Below, in pieces: positions 47,186 to 56,472 of a DNA stretch of 64,000 bases. The stretch's first letter is position 1; each line of letters opens with the position of its first letter. The notes under the pieces are model-generated. The model searched no databases. It was not told where the DNA came from and was given only the letters and a program-made list of their open reading frames with translations. Position numbers and translations under genes: made by a program. This stretch comes from Nannocystis bainbridge (lineage in GTDB: Bacteria > Myxococcota_A > Polyangia > Nannocystales > Nannocystaceae). Where the stretch lies: positions 1,856,001 through 1,920,000 of the forward strand of contig NZ_JAQNDL010000003.1 of the NCBI RefSeq assembly GCF_028368995.1, given 5' to 3'.

Positions 47186-48286
47186 CTACCCCGGCGGGAC
47201 GAAGTCGGCGCAGGCGACCTCGACGAGGTCGGTCGCCTGGTCGAAGAACGGCCCGTAGTCGGGCTCCTCGCGATCGACGAGTAGGTGGTGGGGAAACATC
47301 TTGACCATCTGGCAGGTGCGGTCGTCGGGATCGCACTCGGGTTCGCCTGAGTGGAGGATGCTGAACATGACCGCCGACTCCGGGTCGTCGTGCTTCGCCT
47401 GGAGCACCGCCGCCGCCCAGTCTCCCGGCGACCCCTTGGAGCTGAAGGGTTTGGGGCCGTAGTCGAAGGTGTTGGAGATGAGCGTCACCATCAGCAACGC
47501 GTCTTCCCGGAGGAAGCCCTCATTGCAACTGCCGGGTTTGTTGAGACCCGGGAGAACCGCCGCCGTGAGCGCCTCGCCGATCCAGGCCCTGCCGTTGCTG
47601 CCCACCTGCGCGACGCAGGCGAAGGCGTCGTCGAGGTTCTTCTGGCCCTTGATCATGTAGCGGCGGTCGCCGTCGATCGGGCACGGCTTGTTGGGCGCGT
47701 CGTCACCCGCGGGGAACACGGTGCCGGCGCCGATGGTGGTGTCGCAGACAGTCGGGGTGTAGCTGCAGGGATAGCCGGGAACCGGACATGGCATCGGGCA
47801 CTGCGCGTCGCACGAACTGGAGCCCCAGTCGGCATCGCCGTCGACCACCATGATGTGGTAATCGAAGTCCGCGAACTTCGCCTGGATGGTGTCGATGAAC
47901 TGCGGGAACGCGGCGAGGAGCTGCGTCTGGAAGTAGCTCATGCCGCCGTAGCGCGAGATCACGAACAGGAAGTCGATCTTCCCCTTGCAGCCGGGCGGCT
48001 TCGGGTCGGCGAGGTCCTGGTCGGTGCCGACGTCCCAGATCATAGTGGTCCCACCGCTGCTCGCGTCGCCGCTCCCCGAGCCGGTGGACAGCTCGGTCGT
48101 CGAGCTCGAACCGGTGCTGCTCGAGCTGATGGCCGGCGAGCCACCGGTGCTCGAGTCGAGGCCGGTCGCGGTCGGCGACGAGGTCATCGGCGGCATGGTT
48201 GTGAACGGCGACGTGTCCTCCTGCGATGGTTGGCAAGCGGACGCGAGGCCAAAGGCGACGACGATGGGCCGGGATCGCAGCCGCAT
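47186..48286 (-). CDS. Lipoprotein with Ser/Thr linker and vWA-like domain
   Basis: Lipobox ASAC; GCKGKIDFLFVIS..GM (degenerate MIDAS), AFACVAQVG and GFLREDALL. Confidence 0.75.
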   Translation of the reverse strand: MRLRSRPIVVAFGLASACQPSQEDTSPFTTMPPMTSSPTATGLDSSTGGSPAISSSSTGSSSTTELSTGSGSGDASSGGTTMIWDVGTDQDLADPKPPGCKGKIDFLFVISRYGGMSYFQTQLLAAFPQFIDTIQAKFADFDYHIMVVDGDADWGSSSCDAQCPMPCPVPGYPCSYTPTVCDTTIGAGTVFPAGDDAPNKPCPIDGDRRYMIKGQKNLDDAFACVAQVGSNGRAWIGEALTAAVLPGLNKPGSCNEGFLREDALLMVTLISNTFDYGPKPFSSKGSPGDWAAAVLQAKHDDPESAVMFSILHSGEPECDPDDRTCQMVKMFPHHLLVDREEPDYGPFFDQATDLVEVACADFVPPG

Positions 48287-48648
48287 GACCCGGAAGCGTA
48301 GCGCGAATCCAGCTGTCGCGGGGATGTTGGCCATCCCGACCCGCGACAACGGGGCCGCCTCGGTGTGCTGCAGGTGGTCGCGTCCAGATTCAGGGCGCAC
48401 CCCGCGCCACTTCGATAAATACGGCGACGGACCTTCGAGGAGCTCGACGAACACTGCGGTGACGTTGTCCTACCGCGGCAGAGGTTGGCGTAGCGGATCG
48501 CCGTCGGTGCGGCGACGCGGGGGTCGAGCCGGAACAGGTCAATCAGAGGGACGGCGGCGCGGTCGAGGTATCGTAAAGGCTGTCGAAGCAGAGTTGGAGG
48601 CGGTCGCCGGCTCGCAGTGGAAAGGCCATGATGTCGACCTCGTCAAAT

Positions 48649-50505
48649 TCACGCAGGCCGATCGCGCGGCGCGTCCACAAGAATACGGTCTCTCCCGTCG
48701 CGGACGCTCCCAGCGCTGCCCGCCTCCTCGGCGCCATCACCTCGCTCGGGGGGCCGTTCGACCGGTCCTTCGCGCATCGGCTGAACAACGCCTCGCGCTT
48801 GAAGATGGACGACATCGCGGAGAACGGCCACCAGCCACTCGCGAACCGCGATAACTTCGACGTGGTCACGAGCGGACCTGGATTCCCAGGCCCCCAGCAT
48901 GACGGCCACCGTCAACAGGGGAGCCAGCGGCGACGAGGCTAGCCGAGCGGCGGACGCGGCATCGTCTTCAGACGGGCAAGCGGCGTCCCCAGCGGCCACC
49001 GCACCCGAGGTTTCCATCGAGTCGGTCATGGGCTCATCACGAGCAGCGTCGGCGGACTCCGTGCTGGACCCCACCGCGCCCGCGGGTACGCCAGCCTCAG
49101 CCGTACTTGTGGTCGCGGAGGTGGCCGCCGCAGCACCGACTTCCTCGCGCGCCAACTCGTCGGCATCGTGCGCCGCCGGCTCGCGAGCATGGGCGGCCTG
49201 CTGGGATGTCCGGCCAGCATCATCGATCCCTACCTTCGGTTCTTCGTGCGGGCTGCTGCCCTTCGTCTCGCCCCACGACGACGAGCTCGGCGCCGTCAGA
49301 TCTGCCGTCGGGGTCGTCTCGTCGTCTTCCGCCAACACCTCGCCGGTCGCCGACGCGGGGAAGCGGAACGGGATCGGCGTCTCCTCCAGCAGTCGGCGGT
49401 GGAGGACGGACGACGGATCGTTCAGGCCGACGAGGTGGATGTGCCAGAGCCGTTCCCCGTCCGCTCGCGTCACGAGGCAAGTCCCTGTCGCGCGCAGCAA
49501 GTTGAGCGTGTCCGCCAGCGCCTCGAGAGTGATCACGAACGACGGGTCGTGCCGCTGGATCTCGTCGCGGAGCACGCCCGTCAGCCCGACGAGATCGTCG
49601 GAGCCCCTGAGGCTGCATTGAAACAGGGCGCGTAGTAGCCGGCGGAGGTACTTCTTGCCCTTGAGCCGCCTGGGCCTGCACAGCTCCTGAGCGGCCTGGC
49701 CGTCCTGCTCGAGACGCCGGCCCACCGGCACCGAGCGCAGAGCCTTCGCCCGGTGCTCGAGGCCCTTGAAGCAGCGCCAGACCACGTCCGGGATCGAGGG
49801 CCCGTCCACCACATCGATCGGCAGGCCGTGGACGATCCCGATGTAGCGGGCCCGCGTGGCCGACGAGACGCGCGCCTGATCGAGCTCTCGCGGCGGCTTC
49901 GCCCCCCTCGGAGCGGCGCCCCTTCGGAGGCCGCGCATGCGATCGACGAACACTTCGCGGAGGTCGAGCGGCGCCTTGATGTCGAGGACGACCCGCCGCT
50001 TGCCCTCGACGAGGACGACCGCGAGCTGCTGGCCGAGCACCGCCAGCAAGATCGTGCTGGAGCCCTCCTGCGCGACCCCGACGAGGAAGCGCCCGTACGT
50101 CGGCTTGAAGTGCCGGCGCACGTCGCCGAAGCGCACCACGGGCCGCGACAACTGACGAGGATCGACGGCGTCACGGACCCGCGCCCACGTCGCCTTCACA
50201 TCCGCGAGCGCGCCGACAGCCAGCGGCGTGACGGCCTGGCCGCCGTCACCGACGTAGGCGGCGTGCCAGCGGGCCTCGTCGCCCGGGGCCCCGCAGAAAT
50301 GCACTTGGCCCCCCGCTGGCCAGGCGAACCGGAAGCACTGCACCTGCTCCTCCGAGTGGTTCATGCCGACTGCCGTGGTCGATTCGTCGACCGTGATCGC
50401 CAGCCGCTCGCCCGCCAAGTACGCCTCATACTCCGCGAACGCCTGGTCGATCGCCCAGTCGTCGGACCCTGATTCCGCCGCCCTCACGTCCCCCCGCGCT
50501 GTCAC
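48649..50505 (-). CDS. Large hypothetical protein, possible wHTH DNA-binding/replication protein
   Basis: 618-aa ORF diverging from the element operon next to the iteron-like repeats; basic helical region followed by a wing-like hairpin. C-terminus uncertain. Confidence 0.55.
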   Translation of the reverse strand: MTARGDVRAAESGSDDWAIDQAFAEYEAYLAGERLAITVDESTTAVGMNHSEEQVQCFRFAWPAGGQVHFCGAPGDEARWHAAYVGDGGQAVTPLAVGALADVKATWARVRDAVDPRQLSRPVVRFGDVRRHFKPTYGRFLVGVAQEGSSTILLAVLGQQLAVVLVEGKRRVVLDIKAPLDLREVFVDRMRGLRRGAAPRGAKPPRELDQARVSSATRARYIGIVHGLPIDVVDGPSIPDVVWRCFKGLEHRAKALRSVPVGRRLEQDGQAAQELCRPRRLKGKKYLRRLLRALFQCSLRGSDDLVGLTGVLRDEIQRHDPSFVITLEALADTLNLLRATGTCLVTRADGERLWHIHLVGLNDPSSVLHRRLLEETPIPFRFPASATGEVLAEDDETTPTADLTAPSSSSWGETKGSSPHEEPKVGIDDAGRTSQQAAHAREPAAHDADELAREEVGAAAATSATTSTAEAGVPAGAVGSSTESADAARDEPMTDSMETSGAVAAGDAACPSEDDAASAARLASSPLAPLLTVAVMLGAWESRSARDHVEVIAVREWLVAVLRDVVHLQARGVVQPMREGPVERPPERGDGAEEAGSAGSVRDGRDRILVDAPRDRPA

Positions 50506-50700
50506 GATAGCACGGCGACAACGCGCGAGCCGCTGGGACGCTTCATGAGGTTGGCACCCAACGGGGATTTGCGAAGTTGTTTGCTTGTACGACGGGACGG
50601 GCAGTAGCCGTCCCGATGCTCTACCACGCCAAGGCGCGCAAAGCCTCGTTATCCGCGGGATACGAGCGGCCTCCTCCAGGACCAGCTTCGTGCCTCATGC

Positions 50701-50745
50701 GGGCCAACATCGGGACAACATCGGGACAACATCGGGACAACATCG
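50701..50745. repeat. 11-bp tandem direct repeat (CAACATCGGGA), three full copies plus a partial fourth; iteron-like
   Basis: Units at 50705, 50716, 50727 and partial at 50738; followed by an AT-rich stretch (about 50760-50800). Confidence 0.9.
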
Positions 50746-50855
50746 ACGAGCGGTATCCAGTAATGCTCGCACTCGAGCATTCAAATACAGAAAATTTCTG
50801 GTTGCACGCGATGCGAACATCGGCTTGTCTGGTTCGCAGCGGAGGGTTGAGGTCG

Positions 50856-51428
50856 ATGCGGCGCATGGTCGTCAGCACAGCGTGTGGTGATTTCGTCACG
50901 GAGAAGGATGTCGCGGAGGCGCAGCTCGTCGGCGAGCTCGTTGACTGCTACCGCCTGCTGCCTGACGCCGCCATCTACCTCGACGGCCAGCTCGTGCCCG
51001 AGGAGGCTCGCCAGGCGGCGCTCGCGGCCCTGTCCGTTGGGACAGCACCCGCGGCGGCCCGAGTCGCCGCGCAGCCGCTCGAGCCGGAGAAGTTGAAGGA
51101 GTACGGCGAGGTGCTCGCGCAGCTCTTCGACGACCTGCGCAAGGGCTACGTCCAGTCAACGAACGACCTGCACGACGTCTTCCGGCGCTACCGCGAGATG
51201 TGCCTCGACAACGAGCGGCGGTTCGCAGACGAGGTCGCGCAGCAGCGGGCGCTCACCCACAAGAGCCTCGCCGACGTCGACCTGCTCCGGCGCAGCGTCA
51301 CGACCACCCAGCTCCTGAACGGCTTCGCGTCCGAGGTGCGGCCGCGGGCGATCCAGGAGGGCGGTCCCACGCTCACCGACTACGTCGCCGGGCTCGTGCG
51401 AGCGGTCGCCGGCGACAAGAAGAAATAG
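50856..51428 (+). CDS. Hypothetical coiled-coil protein
   Basis: GGAGG/GAGG RBS before ATG 50856; helical composition. Confidence 0.7.
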   Translation: MRRMVVSTACGDFVTEKDVAEAQLVGELVDCYRLLPDAAIYLDGQLVPEEARQAALAALSVGTAPAAARVAAQPLEPEKLKEYGEVLAQLFDDLRKGYVQSTNDLHDVFRRYREMCLDNERRFADEVAQQRALTHKSLADVDLLRRSVTTTQLLNGFASEVRPRAIQEGGPTLTDYVAGLVRAVAGDKKK

Positions 51429-51442
51429 GGAGGAGAGGGAAG

Positions 51443-51889
51443 ATGGCCCAAAAGACATCATGGTCCGCAGGACAGGTCCTCGCCCAGGCCGAGGGCTCGA
51501 TCGGCACGACGCTGCGCGTCGCCGTCGCCAACTATTACAAGGGGCATGACCTCGGCACCGCGCAGGCGATCCGCAAGGTCGAGACCGACACCGAAGCCGC
51601 CGCGCTCGTCGCGGCGATCCGCCAGGGTCGCGTTCACGAGGTCCTGATGGTCGCCACCAGCGCGGCCGTCGGCGCGATCGCCGGGGCGCTGTCGCAGAAG
51701 GCCGTCAGCAACGCGACGGCGGGCGGCGTGCCGCCCGTGACCGCCCTCGGCGCCGTGCCGACGATCGCCGGGCTGGCGGCGCCGATCAGCCTGTCCGGGC
51801 GCTCGATGCTCGCGGCCGGCGGCCTGTCGTACATCACCGGCGCGGTGATCTACAGCATGCTGGCGCCGAAGCCGGAGGCCGCGCCATGA
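51443..51889 (+). CDS. Small Gly/Ala-rich membrane protein
   Basis: Strong RBS (GGAGGAGAGG); 2-3 hydrophobic segments. Confidence 0.75.
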   Translation: MAQKTSWSAGQVLAQAEGSIGTTLRVAVANYYKGHDLGTAQAIRKVETDTEAAALVAAIRQGRVHEVLMVATSAAVGAIAGALSQKAVSNATAGGVPPVTALGAVPTIAGLAAPISLSGRSMLAAGGLSYITGAVIYSMLAPKPEAAP

Positions 51890-52302
51890 AGGGCTCGATC
51901 CTCGCCCACCTGCGGCGCGTCTCGACCAGCCCCGAAGGTCGTGCCCTCGTCCACGCCGTCGATGACGCCGGCCTCGAGTACAAGATCGAGGTCCCTGTCG
52001 AGGCTGTCCGCGGGGTCAGCCCCGACCAAGGCCTCGTCCTCGCCCTCTCGTGGTCGCTCGAGGCGGGCCCGCGAGTCGCCGAGCCTGCTGCGACACCGAT
52101 GCCGGCCGAACCTTCCTCGACCGCGACGACCCGCAGTTCCACCGCGAGCGAGGTGGATCAGGCGTTCATGGAGTTGATGGGCCGCCCCCGCGGCTCGACC
52201 TCCGCCGTTACGTCCGCTCCCGCCGCATCTACCCCCGGATCGTCCGCTGCGGATAGCCCCTCCCAGGGACTCGCCGAATTGCTCGGCCTGCGGCGCGTTT
52301 GA
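51886..52302 (+). CDS. Hypothetical protein (beta N-terminus, low-complexity tail)
   Basis: ATGA overlap with the previous gene. Confidence 0.7.
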   Translation: MKGSILAHLRRVSTSPEGRALVHAVDDAGLEYKIEVPVEAVRGVSPDQGLVLALSWSLEAGPRVAEPAATPMPAEPSSTATTRSSTASEVDQAFMELMGRPRGSTSAVTSAPAASTPGSSAADSPSQGLAELLGLRRV

Positions 52303-52334
52303 TCTGACCTGATCTATTGACATTTCAACCGCAC

Positions 52335-52354
52335 CCTCGCCCGTTCGGGTGAGG
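52335..52354 (+). promoter_or_regulatory. Leader hairpin before an AT-rich enhancer and AGGAGA RBS
   Basis: CCTCGCCC-gttc-GGGTGAGG stem-loop, then acactcatttcaaaatcAGGAGA and ATG 52388. Confidence 0.5.
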
Positions 52355-52387
52355 CCAGAAACACTCATTTCAAAATCAGGAGACACG

Positions 52388-53035
52388 ATGGATACGGATA
52401 CACAAGAGAAGATGGAATTCCTCGGCCGCGAGATCGCCCAGAACCTGGCACGCATGGGCAACCCGGCCGCGTTGCCGGCCGGGCAGACCGAGCCGCCGGC
52501 CTGCGGCCTCGGCGTGCCGACGAGCGGCTGCGACAACCTGCTGTATGCCCCGATCACGGTGGCCCGGTTCCGCCGTGGCGGCCGTACGAACATCGACCAG
52601 GCCGTCGAGGGCAAGATCCCGGTCGCACCCGGCTCTTCCGTCATGTTGTCGCAGGCAGCCTATCCGCCCTGGGCGACCGGCTGCTACATGTTGCGGTACC
52701 GGCTCGCCAACAATGGCAACAACCACGACGAGATCAAGATCGAATGGTTCGTCGATACCGAGCCGCTCGACGCGATCCAGTTCGGCAGCGAGATCTATAA
52801 TGCAGACAATACCGTGATCGGCGTAGGCAAGCTCCCGATCCCGCTCGCCCTCGGCGAGCACTGCTGCATCGGCGGTAACAACCGCCTGCGGGTCCGGATC
52901 TCGCACACGGGCAACGCCAACCAGATCGAGAACATCCGCCTCCACGTCGAGCACGCCAACGCGGTCAAGTGCTGCAGCGCTTGCGCGACCGGCCACAGTT
53001 GTCAGAGCGGGTGCAAGAACTCCGCCGCCAAGTAG
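52388..53035 (+). CDS. Beta-rich hypothetical protein with Cys-rich tail; candidate capsid (jelly-roll) protein
   Basis: Alternating beta-strand patterns (IKIEWFV, LRVRISH, IRLHVEH), strong translation signals, tail CCSACATGHSCQSGC. Function is inference. Confidence 0.6.
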   Translation: MDTDTQEKMEFLGREIAQNLARMGNPAALPAGQTEPPACGLGVPTSGCDNLLYAPITVARFRRGGRTNIDQAVEGKIPVAPGSSVMLSQAAYPPWATGCYMLRYRLANNGNNHDEIKIEWFVDTEPLDAIQFGSEIYNADNTVIGVGKLPIPLALGEHCCIGGNNRLRVRISHTGNANQIENIRLHVEHANAVKCCSACATGHSCQSGCKNSAAK

Positions 53036-53043
53036 GAGCCGCC

Positions 53044-53769
53044 GTGAACAAGATCAAGCTCGTCATCCGCGGCGGTTTCGATGGCCAGACTCCCGTCACA
53101 CAGGCCCCGACTTTTCGTTTGGTCGAGGGCTGGGACGAGGCGGAGCTGGAATCCCCGGCGGGGATTCTGCCCGCTGGCCTCTGGGGGCATGTTCCCGCCG
53201 GCGATCCCTACCTTCTCCACGCCTCCTTGCTGACCGTGAATCCGCTCGACCCGCAGACCATGATCGAGGTGCGGACCGGTGCGCCGACGCATACCCGGGC
53301 GCAGTTCACCCCGAGCGCCGACAACCTGCGACTCACGCTCGTTCGTCCCAGCGACGAAATCCGCGTGGTCAGCTCGCCGCAAGGGCTCGTCAAGCTCGAG
53401 CTGCTGGTCGAGAGTATCGGCGGCGTCAACGAACTCGGCTCCCGCCTCTACGAATGGTCAGACGCCGCGTTCAAGGCGCGTGACACCGGCGTCCGCATGG
53501 CCCGCTTCACCGCGAATGCCGCCGTGCCGGGATGGCTCGGCACGCTCCACGTCATCTACGACAGCGTCAACGCCGGCAACCTCACCCTCCCCCCGCGGGT
53601 GATCGTGCCGCTCGACGCCGTCCTCACGGTGACGCGCAAGGGTCCCGGCATACCCACGCTCATGGCCGCCGCAGGTGACTCGTTCGCCGGCGGCGTGATC
53701 GCTCAGGCCATCCAGCGCAGCGGATTCATCATGAACAACGGCGAGCAGTGGACCTGGGTCGCCGACTAA
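53044..53769 (+). CDS. Beta-rich hypothetical protein; candidate spike/fibre protein
   Basis: C-terminal LTLP...LTVTRKG.G..T...NNG..W pattern reminiscent of phage fibre tip domains. Confidence 0.55.
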   Translation: MNKIKLVIRGGFDGQTPVTQAPTFRLVEGWDEAELESPAGILPAGLWGHVPAGDPYLLHASLLTVNPLDPQTMIEVRTGAPTHTRAQFTPSADNLRLTLVRPSDEIRVVSSPQGLVKLELLVESIGGVNELGSRLYEWSDAAFKARDTGVRMARFTANAAVPGWLGTLHVIYDSVNAGNLTLPPRVIVPLDAVLTVTRKGPGIPTLMAAAGDSFAGGVIAQAIQRSGFIMNNGEQWTWVAD

Positions 53770-53815
53770 TTCGGGCGCGCGCCGAGACTTCCTCCCCTCT
53801 TCAAGGAGCATCACC

Positions 53816-54562
53816 ATGGCCGTCATCGATAGACATCGCGTCGCCCGCCTCGTGGAGCTGTCGGCGGCCGAGCGCACCCTCAAGGGACCCGAGCGTCAGC
53901 TACGCGAGGAAGACGTCAAGCTGCTCATCAAGGCGGCCTACGACGATGCCACGGACGCGGCGCGCGCCGACTTCATGGCTCGCGTGCAGAGGCTGCCGAC
54001 GAGCGCGTGGCCCTGGTCCGCCGTCCAGCTGGTGGCGCCACGCGGCGGAACGGGCGTCAGCCTCGGGAGCATCGTCGGAGTGCCGAGACCCGCCTTGGTC
54101 CCGGCGCTGCTCGTGCTGATCCGCGGCCAGGCGGACTCGGCTGACCTCGACCCAGGCAATCGGCTCCCCGAGCCGGGTTCGCCCGAGTTCGCTGAATGGG
54201 AGCCGCTGCAGAGGGCGCTCGATACCTGGGACACGCAGACGATCACGAAGTCGATCGGCCCGCAGGGGTGGGTCAGCATGATGGGCAACACTTCCGGACA
54301 GGTCTCGAAGGACACGAACGGCGCGACGAGCGGCGCCCCGGCGCCGTCGCCGTCGCCCGGACCGACCGAGCCCGCGACGAAGGATCTGCCTGCGCCGCAA
54401 CCACCGGCGACGCCGGCGGAGATCACGTGGAAGCACCCCGCCGTGCTCGCGGCGGGGGCCGCCGTCGTCCTCGCCACCGGCGTGGCGGTCTACGCCGTCA
54501 GCCAGAGCCGCAGCCGCCGCGAGCTCGAGGACGTGCTCTCGCAACAGGAGGAGCAGCCGTGA
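53816..54562 (+). CDS. Hypothetical protein with Pro-rich linker and C-terminal TM anchor
   Basis: AAGGAG RBS; VLAAGAAVVLATGVAVYAV followed by basic residues. Confidence 0.75.
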   Translation: MAVIDRHRVARLVELSAAERTLKGPERQLREEDVKLLIKAAYDDATDAARADFMARVQRLPTSAWPWSAVQLVAPRGGTGVSLGSIVGVPRPALVPALLVLIRGQADSADLDPGNRLPEPGSPEFAEWEPLQRALDTWDTQTITKSIGPQGWVSMMGNTSGQVSKDTNGATSGAPAPSPSPGPTEPATKDLPAPQPPATPAEITWKHPAVLAAGAAVVLATGVAVYAVSQSRSRRELEDVLSQQEEQP

Positions 54563-55410
54563 ACCGCGGGATCTGGGTCACGCTGGGCACCGCGCTCGGC
54601 GTCGCGGGCGTGGGCGGGGCGCTCCTCTACAGCCGTCGCGCGAGCGCGGCGAGCCCTCCCACGTTTACACCCCCGTCCGGTCCCGGTACTGGGCCTGCAC
54701 CGGCGATCGAGCTGGCGCCGTTGCCGAAGGCCGCCCACGTCAAGGGCGACCTCTCGTCCAACTGGGGCGAGACGCCGGTCGACCTCCGGCCGCTCTTCGT
54801 GCTGATGGAAGAGGTAGCGAGGATCCCGGGCTCGGCCCGCGTGTTCGCTACGATCTCCTACCGCGAGTCGCGCTTCGTCACGACGGCGCACAACGGCAAC
54901 GCGACCGGCGAGCAGGACGAGCGCGACGGCTCGCGGCTCGCCTACGACAACAACAAGGCGAAGAATCCGCCACTGCGCTACGGCGAGCAGGCCGCAGAGT
55001 TCGGCAGCGGCGGCCTGTTCGGGGCGCTCGCGCCGTACTTCCTGTGGACCGGCGTGCCCGAGGTCGGCAGCAGGGCCCCGCTCCTGAACGCGCCACCCGA
55101 GCTGGTCTTTCAGCCACGTGCCGCGGCCTTCGGCGCTGCCGTGTACATGCAGCGGATCCTGAGGAACTACCGCGTCGACGACATCGCCGACATCAAGGTC
55201 GGCTGGGCCAACCCGTCGCTGCTCGGCAGCGGGCGCGGCGGGACCAAATACCATGACGTCCGCGCCCGGTTCCTCATCGACGCGGTCGCCCTCGGCATCG
55301 AACTGACCGACGCGACGACGATCCCGCCGAAGCTCGACGCTTCGGCATGGCCCGGCGTGCCCGCTGTGTTCGCCGGCCTCGCCGGCGCCCTGCCCAAGGA
55401 GCTCGCATGA
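54559..55410 (+). CDS. N-terminally membrane-anchored lytic transglycosylase/lysozyme-like protein
   Basis: TM, Pro linker, then ATISYRESRF (catalytic ES), GGLFG and AAVYM, resembling SLT motifs. Confidence 0.55.
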   Translation: MNRGIWVTLGTALGVAGVGGALLYSRRASAASPPTFTPPSGPGTGPAPAIELAPLPKAAHVKGDLSSNWGETPVDLRPLFVLMEEVARIPGSARVFATISYRESRFVTTAHNGNATGEQDERDGSRLAYDNNKAKNPPLRYGEQAAEFGSGGLFGALAPYFLWTGVPEVGSRAPLLNAPPELVFQPRAAAFGAAVYMQRILRNYRVDDIADIKVGWANPSLLGSGRGGTKYHDVRARFLIDAVALGIELTDATTIPPKLDASAWPGVPAVFAGLAGALPKELA

Positions 55411-56420
55411 CCCCCGACCTCAGCTGCTACGGCGAGGGCATCCGCGGGCTCGCCGACCTCGTCGGCGATTTCGACCTGCGCTCGCCGATGGACGTGCATG
55501 CCTGGTATCGCGTGGAGTGGCAGGCGATCGCCGAGCTGCTCGGGTTTTCGCAGGAGCTAGAGGCGACGCTCGCCCCGCTCCGCGTCGTCCGCGACCGCGT
55601 GACCGCGACCAACCAGGCCGGCGTCGACGCGTTCGCGCGCTGGCTCCGGGGGCAGCGACCTGGCCTTTCCGACAGCCACGCGCGCACGCAGGATGCCGTG
55701 CTCGCGCAACTCCTCGCAGTGGGCCAAGAGCGGGGCGAGCTGTGGCGTGTGACGGCCGACCCGACGACCCTCGCCGCGGGCGCCTGCTACGACGATGGCG
55801 GCCAGCTCCGCCGCGCGTTCTATTCCGATACGGCGCCGGGCTACTTCGGCGACGGCTGGAACGGCCCCCCGCCGCGGGCAGAGAGCGCGTGCGGCTGGAC
55901 CACGCCGCTCGTGCTGCACCTCGGCACCTTCCCGTGGGTCTACAGCTCGCGGATCGACGGGACCGCCGTGGGAGCGCGCTGGGCCTCGGGCGCGACCATG
56001 CCCGCCATCACCGGCATGCGGGCCATGGCGCGGCTGCTCGAGCCCGGTGGGAACCTCCACCAGGACGCCCGCCAGGTCGCGGCGATCTTTGAGCACTTCA
56101 CCGCCCACACCGCGCCGCTCATCGCCCGCCTGCCGGTCTATCAGTCCGGCCGCGCTGTAGCCGGACATCTCTACCGCCGCGCGGGCTTCCTGTATGTCCA
56201 TCAAGGCAGCCTGCACCTCGCCGGCCTGCCCGGCCCCCGCGGTCGGATCGCCGCACCGGCATATAACTACGCCCTCCGCCGCTTCGCCTGCTTTTTCGCA
56301 GTGCGGCGCGCAGCGCTCCGGGCACTCGTCGCGCTGCCGTCCGACATCCAGCGGATCGCCGAGTGTTCGGCCGACCCATGCCTGCGACGACACGTCGAGG
56401 AGGTGGCTCGTGCTGGCTGA
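55407..56420 (+). CDS. Hypothetical protein
   Basis: ATGA overlap, AAGGAG RBS, 337-aa ORF with host-like codon bias. Confidence 0.75.
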   Translation: MTPDLSCYGEGIRGLADLVGDFDLRSPMDVHAWYRVEWQAIAELLGFSQELEATLAPLRVVRDRVTATNQAGVDAFARWLRGQRPGLSDSHARTQDAVLAQLLAVGQERGELWRVTADPTTLAAGACYDDGGQLRRAFYSDTAPGYFGDGWNGPPPRAESACGWTTPLVLHLGTFPWVYSSRIDGTAVGARWASGATMPAITGMRAMARLLEPGGNLHQDARQVAAIFEHFTAHTAPLIARLPVYQSGRAVAGHLYRRAGFLYVHQGSLHLAGLPGPRGRIAAPAYNYALRRFACFFAVRRAALRALVALPSDIQRIAECSADPCLRRHVEEVARAG

Positions 56421-56472
56421 ACGCTGTCCCGATAGCTCGACGGGCGGAACCGCGCTGGTCTACGCTGCGCCT

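Noticed and set aside
48481-50555. 9-bp direct repeat GAGGTTGGC at 48481 and 50547 flanking the 618-aa ORF (possible target-site duplication)
   Set aside because: No terminal inverted repeats or transposase motifs; a 9-mer match is plausible by chance.
50701-50745. Possible CRISPR array
   Set aside because: The units are 11 bp and contiguous, with no spacers and no cas genes.
50577-50855. 5' extension of the 283-aa ORF through the repeat array
   Set aside because: A good RBS precedes ATG 50856, and the upstream part looks like intergenic regulatory DNA.
52317-52345. Sigma70 promoter at TTGACA
   Set aside because: No recognisable -10 at 16-18 bp spacing.
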